A stretch of DNA of 64,000 bases from Anaeramoeba ignava BMAN (lineage: Eukaryota > Protista > Anaeramoebae): positions 186,001 through 250,000 of the forward strand of contig JAPDFW010000093.1 of NCBI GenBank assembly GCA_028826165.1, given 5' to 3'. This document shows positions 43,662 to 57,709 of the stretch, piece by piece (the stretch's first letter is position 1; each line of letters starts with the position of its first letter). A program made the position numbers and the translations under genes. The notes under the pieces were generated by a model. That model was not told the DNA's origin and did no database searches. It saw only the letters and a list, made by a program, of their open reading frames with translations.

Positions 43662-45665
43662 AAAAATTATTTAGAAATTAATTTAAAATAAATTTATTAA
43701 TAAATTATTTATTATTACAATTAATAATTTTTGAAATAATTATAATTAAATATTTTAATTAAATTATTATTTTAAAATTTAATTTATTTTGAATTAATAT
43801 TTAATTTAGAAATTATTTAGAAATTAATTTAAAATAAATTTATTAATAAATTATTTATTATTACAATTAATATTTTTGAAATAATTTTAATTAAATATTT
43901 TAATTAAATTATTATTTAAATTTTGATTTATTTTGAATAAATATTTAATTTGAAAATTATTTAGAAATTAATTTAAGATAAATTTAATAATAAATTATTA
44001 ATTATTATAATTAATAATTTTGAGATCAGTTTTTATTAAGAATTGATTAATTTTTGTTTTTAATTAAATTTATTTTAAATAAATATTTAATTTAGAAATT
44101 ATTTAGAAATTAATTTAAAATAAATTTATTAATAAATTATTTATTATTATTATTAATAATTTTGAAATAATTATAATTAAATATTTTAATTAAATTATTA
44201 TTTAAATTTTGATTTATTTTGAATAAATATTTAATTTGGAAATTATTTAGAAATTAATTTTAAAATAAATTTATTAATAAATTATTTATTATTATAATTA
44301 ATAATTTTGAGATCAATTTTATTAAATATTTTAATTAATTTTTCTTTAAAAATTTAATTTATTTTTGAATAAATATTTAATTTGTAAATTATTTAGAAAT
44401 TAATTTAAAATAAATTTAATGATAAATTATTTATTATTACAATTAATATTTTTGAAATAATTTTAATTAAATATTTTAATTAAATTATTATTTAAAATTT
44501 AATTTGTTTTGAATAAATATTTAATTTGGAAATTATTTAGAAATTAATTTAAAATAAATTTAATGATAAATTATTTATTATTACAATTAATATTTTTGAA
44601 ATAATTATAATTAAATATTTTAATTAAATTATTATTTTAATTTTAATTTATTTTAAATAAATATTTAATTTAGAAATTATTTAGAAATTAATTTAAAATA
44701 AATTTATTGATAAATTATTTATTATTATTAATATTTTTGAGATCAGTTTTATTAAGAATTTTTAATTTAATTTATTTTGAATAAATATTTAATTTAGAAA
44801 TTATTTAGAAATTAATTTAAAATAAATTTAATAATAAATTATTTATTATTATAATTAATATTTATGAAATAATTATGAAATAATTTTAATTAAATATTTT
44901 AATTAAATTATTATTTAAATTTTAATTTATTTTGAATTAATATTTAATTTGGAAATTATTTAGAAATTAATTTATAATAAATTTATTAATAAATTATTTA
45001 TTATTATTAATATTTTTGGGATCAGTTTTATTAAGAATTTATTAATTTTTTGCTTTTAAATTTAATTTATTTTGAATTAATATTTAATTTAGAAATTATT
45101 TAGAAATTAATTTAAAATAAATTTATTGATAAATTGTTTATTATTATTATTAATATTTTTGAAATAATTATAATTAAATATTTTAATTAAATTATTATTT
45201 AAAATTTTAATTTATTTTGAATAAATATTTAATTTGGAAATTATTTAGAAATTAATTTATAATAAATTTATTAATAAATTATTTATTATTATTATTAATA
45301 TTTTTGAGATCAGTTTTATTAAGAATTTATTAATTTTTTTTGCTTTTAATTTTAATTTAATTTGAATTAATATTTAATTTGGAAATTATTTAGAAATTAA
45401 TTTAAAATAAATTTAATAATAAATTATTTATTATTATTATTAATAATTATGAAATAATTATGAAATAATTTTAATTAAATATTTTAATTAAATTATTATT
45501 TAAATTTTAATTTATTTTGAATTAATATTTAATTTGGAAATTATTTATAAATTAATTTAAGATAAATTTAATGATAAATTGTTTATTATTATTATTAATA
45601 TTTTTGGGATCAGTTTTATTAAGAATTGATTAATTTTTTTTGCTTTTAATTTTAATTTATTTTTT
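43662..45665. repeat. Satellite of 14 units of ~124-155 bp (mostly 142-146 bp), two unit subtypes
   Basis: The anchor TTAGAAATTAATTT recurs at about 43674, 43820, 43964, 44106, 44250, 44396, 44540, 44684, 44808, 44963, 45103, 45248, 45393 and (variant) 45548. Confidence 0.92.
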
Positions 45666-46120
45666 TTGAAGCTTGAGTTTTCTTTTAAAAATAAAATAAC
45701 AAGGAAATAAATTAAAATAAATCGAATAAAATTGAATAAAAGAAAATAATTTTTAGATTAATTGATTTAAGTTTGTCCCGAATAAAAAAGTTTTTTGCCT
45801 GCTTTTCGAAATTTTAAAATAAATAAAAATAAAAAATAAAATTAAAAATAAAAAAGAGATCAATTTAAAATAAAAATAAAAATAAAAAAGAAATTTAATA
45901 AAGCAAAAAAATAAAGAAAAAACTTAAAAAAATAAGAGATTATTAATAAATGACTAATTAAAATTGGTATAAAAGAAAAAAAAAATTTTTTTTTATTTTT
46001 CATTTTTCATTTTAAAAGAAATATTTCTTTTATTTTGTAATTATTGATTAAAAAATTTAAAATAAAATAAAAATAATTTTATTGATTTAAAAATTATTAA
46101 TTAAATTAAAAATAAAATAG

Positions 46121-47260
<1,140 letters not shown>

Positions 47261-47585
47261 ATAGCATTTTTTTTAAAAGAAATAATTTTCTTTTTTCTTT
47301 TTTCTTTTTTTTCATTTTTTTTGGAAGGAATCTTTTTAACTAATACTTCTTTAAAACAAAATTAAGGAAAATAAAACAAAAAATTTGGTTCTTCTTCAAA
47401 ATAATTTTTTAATTTTAATTTTAATTTTAATTCTAATTTTGATTTTAATTTGAATTTTAATTTTAATTTTAATTTTAATTTTAAATTTTAATTTTAATTT
47501 TAATTTTGATTTTAATTTTAATTTTAATTTTAATTTTAATTTTAAATTTTAATTTTGATTTTAATTTTAATTTTAAATTTTAATA

Positions 47586-49385
47586 TTAATTTTGATTATT
47601 AAATTTGTTAATTAATAAATCAAATAAATTTGGATTTGTTTGATTTAATTGAAAATAATCAATTCCAATTTGAATTTCATTAATAATTTCTTTTGTAATT
47701 TGAATTTCATTTTTAATTTGATTTGAATAAATCCAATATTCAAATATTTGGAATGATTTATTACTTAATTCACTATAATCTGTAACTTTATTTGATTTAT
47801 CTTCAGTTACAGATAAAAACATTCCTCGATATAATTCACTTCTCATTGTTAATATTAATTTTGGAAATTTATATTGTTTTTCTTTTCTTTCAATTATAAA
47901 ATCTTTTTCATTTTCATTTTCATTTAAATAAATTCTTTTCATTGTTTCTTCAATTTTTTCATTTGAATTTATAATTTCTTTAATTTCAGAATATAATTTT
48001 GGATTTATTATTTTGTTTGAATAAATCATTTCAAATATTTGATTTGATTCTTTAATTGATTTTTTTGAAATAATTTCTTGAAGTTTTTCAATTTGATTTT
48101 CATTTTGATTTAATCTATATTTCAATATTAATTTATGAGCTTTAATTATTTCTTCATTTTTGGTTTTAAATGAAATATCACAAAATTCTTTTCTTTCAAA
48201 TAGTTTTATCAAATCTTCTTCAAGATTGGAAAAAGAAAGAGGAGAATAATAAAGAAATGATTTTTTAATGCCACAAGAAATATGATAATTAGAAATATCT
48301 TCATTAAATCTTAATTTAGGAAGTTCAATTTGAATTGGAATTGGTTGATTTTTTGTATCTCCAGTTCCTAATTGACCATAAAAATTATCTCCAAATCCTA
48401 TTAATTTTGAATTAGAAGTTAAAATCAAAGTATGCCTGTATCCAACAGAAAAATCAAGAATATTATCATTTTCAAATAAAGATGATTTGATTTCAGTAAA
48501 TTCATAAGTATCTTCATATCTTTTGCCAAGTCCATTATATTGATAATTTCCACATGAATAAAGTTTTCTTTTTGGATTTTCATTTTCATTTTCATTTTCA
48601 ATCAACATTATTGAATGACAACTTCCACATTGAATATCAATTATTTTACCTTTTGGAATATTTTGGATTTTGGTTAATTTTGTGATATATTCTTTTCTTG
48701 ATTCTCCTAATCCAAATTGGCCAGAACTGTTATCACCACATCCAAATAATTCTTGATTTGAATTTAAAAGAAAAACACGATTTGAAGAATTTCCTGAAAA
48801 TATTTTAGAAACATTTTTCATCATTAAAATTGGGTTTTCTGTTTTTTTAAGTGTTTCAGAATCAATTCCAAGTTGACCAAAATAATTTGAACCAATTCCA
48901 TAAGCATTTTGATTTGAAGTTAATAAGTAAATTGAATAAATTCCAGAAACAATATCTTCAATTATTCTATTATTTGTATCTTCAATTAATGATGAAATAT
49001 TGATAAATTCTTTTGGATTTTCTGAATTAATATCTTTTCCTTTGGCAAATACATTTCCTTCTATTGTTAAAATAGCTTCATTTTGACCACCAACAGTTAT
49101 TTTTTGAATATTTTCTTCAATTTGGATTTTTGAAGGATTTTGATTTAAATCATTTTCTTTTAAATATTCTATTGCTTTTCCATTTTTAAAAAGGAAAATT
49201 GTTGAAAAAAAACCTGATGAAATTTGATTAATTTGTTTTTCATTTTCATTTTCATTTTCATTTTCATTTTCATTTTCATTTTCATTTTCAAATTTAAATT
49301 GAATTGGTTTTATTATTGACTCTGTTGTTTTATTTTTGATAAGTTTTGGATATTCATTTAAACCAAAAAATAAACAATCATTCAT
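47586..49385 (-). CDS. RCC1-like beta-propeller + tandem BTB protein, copy 1 (intact)
   Basis: RCC1 repeats (GSNYFGQLG; VGYRHTLILT..FGDNFYGQLGTGD), then EFCDISF..KAHKLIL and KDFII..RSELYRGMF..IDYFQL. Confidence 0.9.
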   Translation of the reverse strand: MNDCLFFGLNEYPKLIKNKTTESIIKPIQFKFENENENENENENENENEKQINQISSGFFSTIFLFKNGKAIEYLKENDLNQNPSKIQIEENIQKITVGGQNEAILTIEGNVFAKGKDINSENPKEFINISSLIEDTNNRIIEDIVSGIYSIYLLTSNQNAYGIGSNYFGQLGIDSETLKKTENPILMMKNVSKIFSGNSSNRVFLLNSNQELFGCGDNSSGQFGLGESRKEYITKLTKIQNIPKGKIIDIQCGSCHSIMLIENENENENPKRKLYSCGNYQYNGLGKRYEDTYEFTEIKSSLFENDNILDFSVGYRHTLILTSNSKLIGFGDNFYGQLGTGDTKNQPIPIQIELPKLRFNEDISNYHISCGIKKSFLYYSPLSFSNLEEDLIKLFERKEFCDISFKTKNEEIIKAHKLILKYRLNQNENQIEKLQEIISKKSIKESNQIFEMIYSNKIINPKLYSEIKEIINSNEKIEETMKRIYLNENENEKDFIIERKEKQYKFPKLILTMRSELYRGMFLSVTEDKSNKVTDYSELSNKSFQIFEYWIYSNQIKNEIQITKEIINEIQIGIDYFQLNQTNPNLFDLLINKFNNQN

Positions 49386-49551
49386 TTTTAAAAAGTAAAA
49401 AATGAAAAAATGATTTTTGGAATTTTAATTTTAATTTTAATTTTAATTTTGATTTTAATTTTAATTTTAATTTTTAATTTTAATTTTAATTTTGATTTTA
49501 ATTTTAATTTTGATTTTAATTTTAATTTGAATATTAATTTTAATTTTAATT

Positions 49552-51336
49552 TTAATTTTGATTATTAAATTTATTAATTAATAAATCAAATAAATTTGGA
49601 TTTGTTTGATTTAATTGAAAATAATCAATTCCAATTTCAATTTCGTCGATTATTTCTTGTGTAATTTGAATTTCATCTTTAATTTGATTTGAATAAATCC
49701 AATATTCAAATATTTGAAATGATTTATTACTTAATTCACTATAATCTGTAACTTTATTTGATTTATCTTCAGTTACAGATAAAAACATTCCTCGATATAA
49801 TTCACTTCTCATTATTAATATTAATTTAGGAAATTTATATTGTTTTTCTTTTCTTTCAATAATAAAATCTTTTTCATTTTCATTTAAATAAATTCTTTTC
49901 ATTGTTTCTTCAATTTTTTCATTTGAATTTATAATTTCTTTAATTTCAGAATATAATTTTGGATTTATAATTCTGTTTGAATAAATCATTTCAAATATTT
50001 GATTTGATTCTTTAATTGATTTAGTTTGAAATAATTTCTTGAAGTTTTTCATTTTGATTTTGATTTTGATTTAATCTATATTTCAATATTAATTTATGAG
50101 CTTTGATTATTTCTCCATTTTTGGTTTTAAATGAAATATCACAAAATTCTTTTCTTCTAAATAATTTTATCAAATCTTCTTCAAGATTGGAAAAAGAAAG
50201 AAAAGGAGAATAATAAAGAAATGAACTGTCATCTCCACAAAGAACATGATAATTAGAAATATTTTCATTAAATCTTAATTTAGGAAGTTTAATTTGAATT
50301 GGAATTAATTGATCTTCTGTATCTCCAGTTCCTAATTGACCATATTCATTATTTCCAAATCCAATTAATTTCCCTTTATATGTTAAAATCAAATTATGAA
50401 AACCTCCAGAAGAAAATTCAAGAATATTATCATCATTTTCAAATAAAGATGATTTAATTTCAGTAAATTCATAAGTATGCCCATATTTTTTGTCAAGTCC
50501 ATTATTTTGAAAATTTCCACATGAATAAAGTTTTCTTTTTGGGTTTTCATTTTCATTTTCAATTAACATTATTGAATGCCAACTTCCACATTGAATATCA
50601 ATTATTTTACCTTTTGGAATATTTTGGATTTTGGTTAATTTTGTGATTTTTTTTTCTTCTTTTCTTGATTTTCCTAATCCAAGTTGGCCAGAACTGTTAT
50701 ATCCGCATCCGAATAATTCTTGATTTAAATTCAAAAGAAAAACATGATTTGAAGAATTTCCTGAAAATATTTTAGAAACATTTTTCATCATTAAAATTGG
50801 TTTTTCTGTTTCATAAAGTGTTTTAGAATCAAAACCAAGTTGACCATATTGATTTAAACCAATTCCATAAGCATTTTGATTTGAAGTTAATAAGTAAATT
50901 GAACTATCTCCAGAAACAATATCTTGAATTATTCTATCATTTGTATCTTCAATTAATGATGAAATATTGATAAATTTTTTTGGATTAATAGCAAATCCTT
51001 TGGCAAATACATTTCCTTCTATTGTTAAAATAGCTTCATTTTTATAACCAACAGTTACTTTTTGAATATTTTCTTCAATTTGGATTTTTTCAGGATTTTG
51101 ATTTTGATTTTGTTTTGGATATTCTAAATATTCTATTGCTTTTCCATTTTTGAAAAGGAAAATTGTTGAAAAATAACTTGTTGAAATTTGTTTAATTTGT
51201 TTTTCATTTTCATTTTCATTTTCATTTTCATTTTCATTTTCATTTTCAAATTTAAATTGAATTGGTTTTATTTTTCTGGTTCATTTTTGATAAGAATTGG
51301 ATATTTATTTTCACCAAAAAATAAACAATCATTCAT
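49552..51336 (-). CDS. RCC1-BTB-BTB copy 2 (frameshifts at ~51272 and ~50025)
   Basis: Collinear with copy 1 from MNDCLFFG to FNNQN. The frameshifts are in or next to homopolymers. Confidence 0.8.
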
Positions 51337-51496
51337 TTTTGAAAAGAAAAAAAATGAAAAAATGAAATTTTAATTTTAATTTTGAATTTTAATTTTAATT
51401 TTAATTTTAATTTTAATTTTAATTTTATTTTTAATTTTGATTTTAATTTTAATTTTAATTTTGATTTTAATTTTGATATTAATTTTAATTTTAATT

Positions 51497-53413
51497 GGCT
51501 CACTTGAAAACCCTTCCAAGTGGCGAATAAAGGATTTTGGAACATAGAATCAAAGGGGAAATTTTTTGGTTGGATGCCAAAAAAGAAAAATTAATAAAAG
51601 ATCTTGTTTAGACAACCAACAGGTTTTTTGACTTTTGTAGCATTATTGAAAGTGAATATTAATTCAAATGAACAAAAATAATAAATATTTTAATTAAAGA
51701 AAAATTCTCACTTTAAATTCTTCTCACTTTAATTCCACTTTTTAAGAAAATTTTCATTCAGCATCTAAGTTTATTTTCATTTTACTTTTATTTTTACTTA
51801 CCTTTTTTTGCTTTTGAATCAATTGAAAATGTCAAATCGCTTAATCTTTGAAGGAAAAATTTATCGATTGAAATGGAATAATGTGGAACGGAGCACAAAG
51901 TACTGGAGTTGTTTGTTTCCTGGTTGTAACGGAACAATAGTGGAAAAGAACGGACAATTAATACCTGGCAGACCTCATTCTGAAGATTGTTCAAGTCCAG
52001 AAAGATCAGAAATGGAAGCAAAATCATTGTTTTGGGGTTTATTTCTACTGAACTAAGGAAATTAGAGAATAAATCTGTTGATATTTATAATGAAGCTGTG
52101 AAGAAGATCACCGAGAAGATGAATGGGAAAAATGAAAAATTTGAAATTCCTCCACAACAGGAAGTACTCTCCTATATATCTCATAAAAGGAAAAAGATTT
52201 TTCCCTATGACCATTTAAGGATTGTTTCCAGCTATCCTTACTCTAAAACAAAAGATGGATATCAATTTTGGAGATTCACTTCTGAGATATTAATTAGTGG
52301 AAAAAAGGAAATAGCAATGTTTTGGTTTTCTGATTTTGTTTCTCGTCCGTTTCTTGAAGCCAATCGAATTGTTCCTGGACGGGACCTTTTTAAGTGCTGC
52401 AGATCCTTTCAAACAACTCGTTTCTCTAATGGTCTATGATACAAGGTGCAGAATGTATATTCCAACACATTATATAGCCTTAACTGACAATTCCAAGAAT
52501 TTATATAAGTATGCACTCAATTTCCTCTTTACATTTCTTCTTCAAAATCAAATTAAATTATCTTATATCACCTGCGATTTTGAATGGACCCTCCAACAAG
52601 CTTTGAAGGAAACAATCCCACAAGCAAAAATTGTGGGATGTTTCTTTCATTTCAAGAAAGCAGTACAAGCCAAATTAATGAAGTTTGCTCCTACACCAAC
52701 TGAGGAAGAAAAACAAATTATCATGGAAGAAATTGAAATCCTAACCTTTATTCCACCTGAAGAGATTGAAGGAAAGGTTCAAGAATTAGCAAATAAATTT
52801 TCTAAATTTTCAAAATTTTTCCAATATTTTCGTACAACTTGGTTGAAGAAATATGGACATTCAAGATGGAACATTCATTCTTATCCCAATTTATGGGAAA
52901 GAACCAACAATCCACTCGAGGGTTATCATAAAAAGCTTAATTCTATTCTCAAGCATGAAAAACCCAATATTTGTAAGATGGCTGAATTATTAATCAATGA
53001 GGAAGATTATTATCGCAGGAAAATGATGGAGAATCTCAACCAATGGTCAAACCATCCAGTGGATGAAAAAAGAGAAGAAACGAAACAATGGATGAATAGA
53101 ATGAAGGTTTATTTAGATCAAAGAAAAGAAAAGTCAAATTTACAGATGACAAATTCACAAAGAAATAAACCTTCTCCAAGTCAAGAGAAAAGACGATTTC
53201 ATTGCTCTCTATGCGGTTCGCCATATCATACGAAAAAGAAATGCTCTTTAAATCCCCAAAACAAATAATTTCAAAAGGAAAAATTTTTTTGGCGCAATAA
53301 CAAGAATTTGGTTGTGATTTTTTTCCAATCAAAAAAACAAAAAAAAAATTTCCCCTTTGATTCTATGTTCCAAAATCCTTTATTCGCCACTTGGAAGGGT
53401 TTTCAAGTGAGCC
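51497..53413 (+). mobile_element. Mutator-like (MULE) DNA transposon, 1917 bp, with perfect 71-bp TIRs (51497-51567 / 53343-53413) and a probable 8-bp TSD TTTTAATT
   Basis: GGCTCACTTGAAAACCCTTCCAAGTGGCG... is inverted exactly at the right end and encloses a MULE transposase. GC content is higher than in the flanks. Confidence 0.95.
51829..53268 (+). CDS. MULE DDE transposase (N-terminal FLYWCH/WRKY-like Zn finger, C-terminal CCHC knuckle), split by two frameshifts (~52035, ~52365)
   Basis: KYWSC..GC..H; LFLDGTF; ITCDFE; GCFFH (CxxH); RTNNPLEGYH; CSLCGSPYHTKKKC. Confidence 0.9.
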
Positions 53414-53950
53414 TTTTAATTTTAATTTTAATTTTAATTTTTATTTTTATTTTAATTTTAATTTTAATTTTGATTTTAATTTTAATTTTAATTTTAATTT
53501 TAATTTTAATTTTAATTTTAATTTTAATTTTAATTTTAATTTTTAATTTTTAATTTTAATTTTTAATTTTAATTTTGATTTTAATTTTAATTTTGATTTT
53601 AATTTTAATTTTAATTTTAATTTTAATTTTAATTTTAATTTTTGATTTTATTTTAATTTTTAATTTTAATTTTAATTTTAGTTTAATTTTTAATTTTAAT
53701 TTTAATTTTAATTTTAAATTTTGATTTTGATTTTAATTTTAATTTTGATTTTAATTTTTAATTTTAATTTTAATTTTGATTTTAATTTTGATTTTTAATT
53801 TTAATTTTGATTTTAATTTTAATTTTAATTTTAATTTTAATTTTAATTTTAATTTTAATTTTAATTTTAATTTTAATTTTAATTTTAATTTTAATTTTAA
53901 TTTTTAATTTTAATTTTAATTTTAATTTTAATTTTAATTTAAATTTTAAT
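53414..53950. repeat. (AATTTT)n hexamer tract; shorter tracts at 47405-47585, 49420-49550, 51365-51496, 55730-55790 and 60645-60765
   Basis: Directly visible as spacers at the 3' ends of the RCC1-BTB genes. Confidence 0.95.
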
Positions 53951-55701
53951 TTTTAAATTGTTTAATTAATAAATCAAATAAATTTGGATTTGTTTGATTT
54001 AATTGAAAATAATCAATTCCAATTTGAATTTCATCAATTATTTCTTGTGTAATTTGAATTTCATTTTTAATTTGATTTGAATAAATCCAATATTCAAATA
54101 TTTGAAATGATTTATTACTTAATTCACTATAATCTGTAACTTTATTTGAAGTATCATTTGTTACAGATAAAAACATTCCTCGATATAATTCACTTCTCAT
54201 TATTAATATTAATTTTGGAAATTTATATTGTTTTTCTTTTCTTTCAATAATAAAATCTTTTTCATTTTCATTTAAATAAATTCTTTTCATTGTTTCTTCA
54301 ATTTTTTCATTTGAATTTATAATTTCTTTAATTTCAGAATATAATTTTGGATTTATAATTCTGTTTGAATAAATCATTTCAAATATTTGATTTGATTCTT
54401 TAATTGATTTATTTGAAATAATTTCTTGAAGTTTTTCAATTTCATTTTGATTTTGATTTAATCTATATTTCAATATTAATTTATGAGCTTTAATTATTTC
54501 TCCATTTTCTGGTTTTAAATGAAATATCACAAAATTCTTTTCTTTCAAATAATTTTATCAAATCTTCTTCAAGATTGGAAAAAGAAAGAGGAGAATAATA
54601 AAGAAATGATCTGTTTTCTCCACAAGAAAGATGATAATTAGAAATATCTTCATTAAATCTTAATTTAGGAAGTTCAATTTGAATTGGAATTAATTTATCT
54701 TTTGTATCTCCAGTTCCTAATTGACCATAAAAATTATATCCAAATCCTATCAATTTTGAATTAGATGTTAAAATCAAAGTATGCTGATATCCACAAGAAA
54801 ATTCAAGAATATTATCATTTTCAAATAAAGATGATTTGATTTCAGTAAATTCATAAGTATGCCCATATTTTTTGTCAAGTCCATTATTTTGAAAATTTCC
54901 ACATGAATAAAGTTTTCTTTTTTGATTTTGATTTTGATTTTCAATTAACATTATTGAATGACAACTTCCACATTGAATATCAATTATTTTACCTTTTGGA
55001 ATATTTTGGATTTTGATTAATTTTGTGATTTTTTTTTCTTCTTCTCTTGATTTTCCTAATCCAACTTGACCACAAATGTTATATCCGCATCCAAATAATT
55101 CTTGATTTGAATTTAAAAGAAAAACATGATTTGAATAATTTCCTGAAAATATTTTAGAAACATTTTTCATCATTAAAATTGGTTTTTCTGTTTCATGAAG
55201 TGTTTTAGAATCAAAACCAAGTTGACCATATTGATTTAAACCAATTCCATAAGCATTTTGATTTGAAGTTAATAAGTAAATTGAACTATCTCCAGAAACA
55301 ATATCTTGAATTATTCTATCATTTGTATCTTCAATTAATGATGAAATATTGATAAATTCATTTGGATTATTTGAATTAATATCTCTTCCTTTGGCAAATA
55401 CATTTCCTTCTATTGTTAAAATAGCTTCATCTTGATAACCTACAGTTACTTTTTGAATATTTTCTTCAATTTGGATTTTTGAAGGATTTTGTTTTGGATA
55501 TTCTAAATATTCTATTGCTTTTCCATTTTTAAAAAGGAAAATTATTCCAAAATAACCTGTTGAAATTTGTTTAATTTGTTTTTCATTTTCATTTTCATTT
55601 TCATTTTCAAATTTAAATTGAATTGGTTTTGTTATTTTTTCTGGTTCATTTTTGATAAGAATTAGATATTTATTTTGACCAAAAAATAAACAATCATTCA
55701 T
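53946..55701 (-). CDS. RCC1-BTB-BTB copy 3 (frameshift at ~54510)
   Basis: ORFs 54490-55701 and 53946-54548 are collinear with copy 1. Confidence 0.8.
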
Positions 55702-55786
55702 TTTTGAAAAGAAAAAAATGAAAAAATGAATTTTAATTTTAATTTTAATTTTAATTTTATTTTTAATTTTAATTTTGATTTTAATT

Positions 55787-56135
55787 TTAATTTTGATTTT
55801 GATTATTAAATTTGTTAATTAATAAATCAAATAAATTTGGATTTGTTTGATTTAATTGAAAATAATCAATTCCTCTTTCTATTTCATTAATTATTTCTTT
55901 TGTAATTTCAATTCCATTTTTAATTTGATTTGAATAAATCCAATATTCAAATATTTGAAATGATTTATTACTTAATTCACTATAATCTGTAACTTTATTA
56001 GATTTATCTTCAGTTACAGATAAAAACATTCCTCGATATAATTCACTTCTCATTATTAATATTAATTTTGGAAATTTATATTGTTTTTCTTTTCTTTCAA
56101 TTATAAAATCTTTTTCATTTTCATTTTCATTTTCA
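55787..56135 (-). pseudogene. 5'-truncated RCC1-BTB-BTB copy 4 (second BTB only)
   Basis: ENENEKDFIIERKEKQYKFPKLILIMRSELYRGMF..FNNQNQN*. Upstream sequence is replaced by the oppositely oriented BTB-TLDc gene. Confidence 0.85.
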
Positions 56136-56159
56136 TTTTTTTCATTTTTTTATTCAAAA

Positions 56160-57620
56160 ATGGAAACTTATTTAAATTTAGAAAAACTTTCAAATGATTT
56201 AAAAAATTTATTTCAAAATCAAAATCAAAATCAAAATGAAAATGAAAATGAAAGTTATTTTGATTTTGAAATAATTTGTGAACAAAATAAAACTTCATTT
56301 AAAACTCATAAATCAATTCTTTCTTCAAGAAGTCAATATTTTAAAACTCTTTTTAATTCAAAAATGAAAGAATACCAAGAAAATAAATTAATTCTAAAAG
56401 ATGTTTCAAGTTCAATTCTATTTTCAATTTTAAATTACTTTTATTCAGGAAAAATTGAAATTAATTTAGAAAATGCAGTTGAAATTTTAATTTTTTCTTC
56501 AAAATATTTTATTGATGAATTAATTCAAATTTCTTTAAAATTTATCAAAAACAATTTACAAATTGAAACCATTGTTGATGTTCTTAAATTATCTGAATCA
56601 ATGAATTTAAACGAACTAATAGATTCTTCTTATCAATTTATTTTTCAAAATTTTACAGAACTTATCGAAACTTCATTTTTTCTTGAACTTGAAGAAAATC
56701 ATTTAAATTCAATATTATCAAATGATAAAATCCCGAATAAATGAATTTGAACTATTTCAAGCAATAATAAAATGGGGAAAACATAAATTAAATATTAATC
56801 AAGAAAAAGAAAAATTACAAAATCAAATTTCAAATTTTATTCAAAAAATCAGATTTATTGATTTTTCAGAACAAGAAATTGAAGATACTTTGAAAGAAGA
56901 TTTAATTCCAAATCAAATTTCACAAAAATTAATTCAATTCCAAAAACTTCAAAAACAAAATGATAAACGAGAATTAGATCAATTTATATTCAAAATGAAA
57001 ATCAAAACTCATTATTTTTTAAAACAAGATTAGGTTTGAATTCTTCATCAATAATCCAAGAAAAGGAACATTTTAAGAAATTAAAAGAATGGATAAATGA
57101 TGATGAATTCTTTTATAAAATGGAATTGGGATTTTCAGCAAAAAGAGATTTTTTTGATTGTAATAAATGGCATTCAAAATGCGATAATAAAGGAAAAACA
57201 TTAGTTATTATCAAAACAAAAGATAATTTTATTTTTGGAGGATTCACTCAAGTTGGATGGACAACTGATAGATCAAAATGGAAAGAAGAAGAGGTAAATA
57301 ATCCTTGGGGATACATCATTGATCCAAAATCATTTATTTTTTCATTAAGAAATGATAAGAATGATAGAAAATCAGAAAAATTTAAAATTAAATCAGCGCA
57401 AACAATGCATTCAATTTTCTACTATTCTGAGGGTGGTCCGAGCTTTGGAAGAGGACTTGATATTTGTATCAGATCAAATTTGAAGGATAGTTATTCAAAT
57501 TTTGGATATTCTTATCATCTTCCTCATGGGGTTGAATATAATACAAAAGAAGCTAAGAGTTATTTAGCTGGTTCTTATAATCACTGGGTTGTTGATGAAC
57601 TTGAAACTTATTTCATTTAA
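56160..57620 (+). CDS. BTB-BACK-TLDc protein, copy B (frameshifts at ~56733 and ~56990)
   Basis: Three ORFs are together collinear with copy A. Confidence 0.85.
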
Positions 57621-57709
57621 AAAACTTTTTTTTTATTCTTTTTCCAAAAGGAGGAAACGAAAAAAAGTGGAACAAGCTTCATCAATAAAAATTTCCTAAA
57701 CAAATTAGA

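Noticed and set aside
43662-45665. CRISPR-like periodic array
   Set aside because: The whole unit is repeated with no unique spacers, there are no cas genes, and the context is eukaryotic. This is a satellite.
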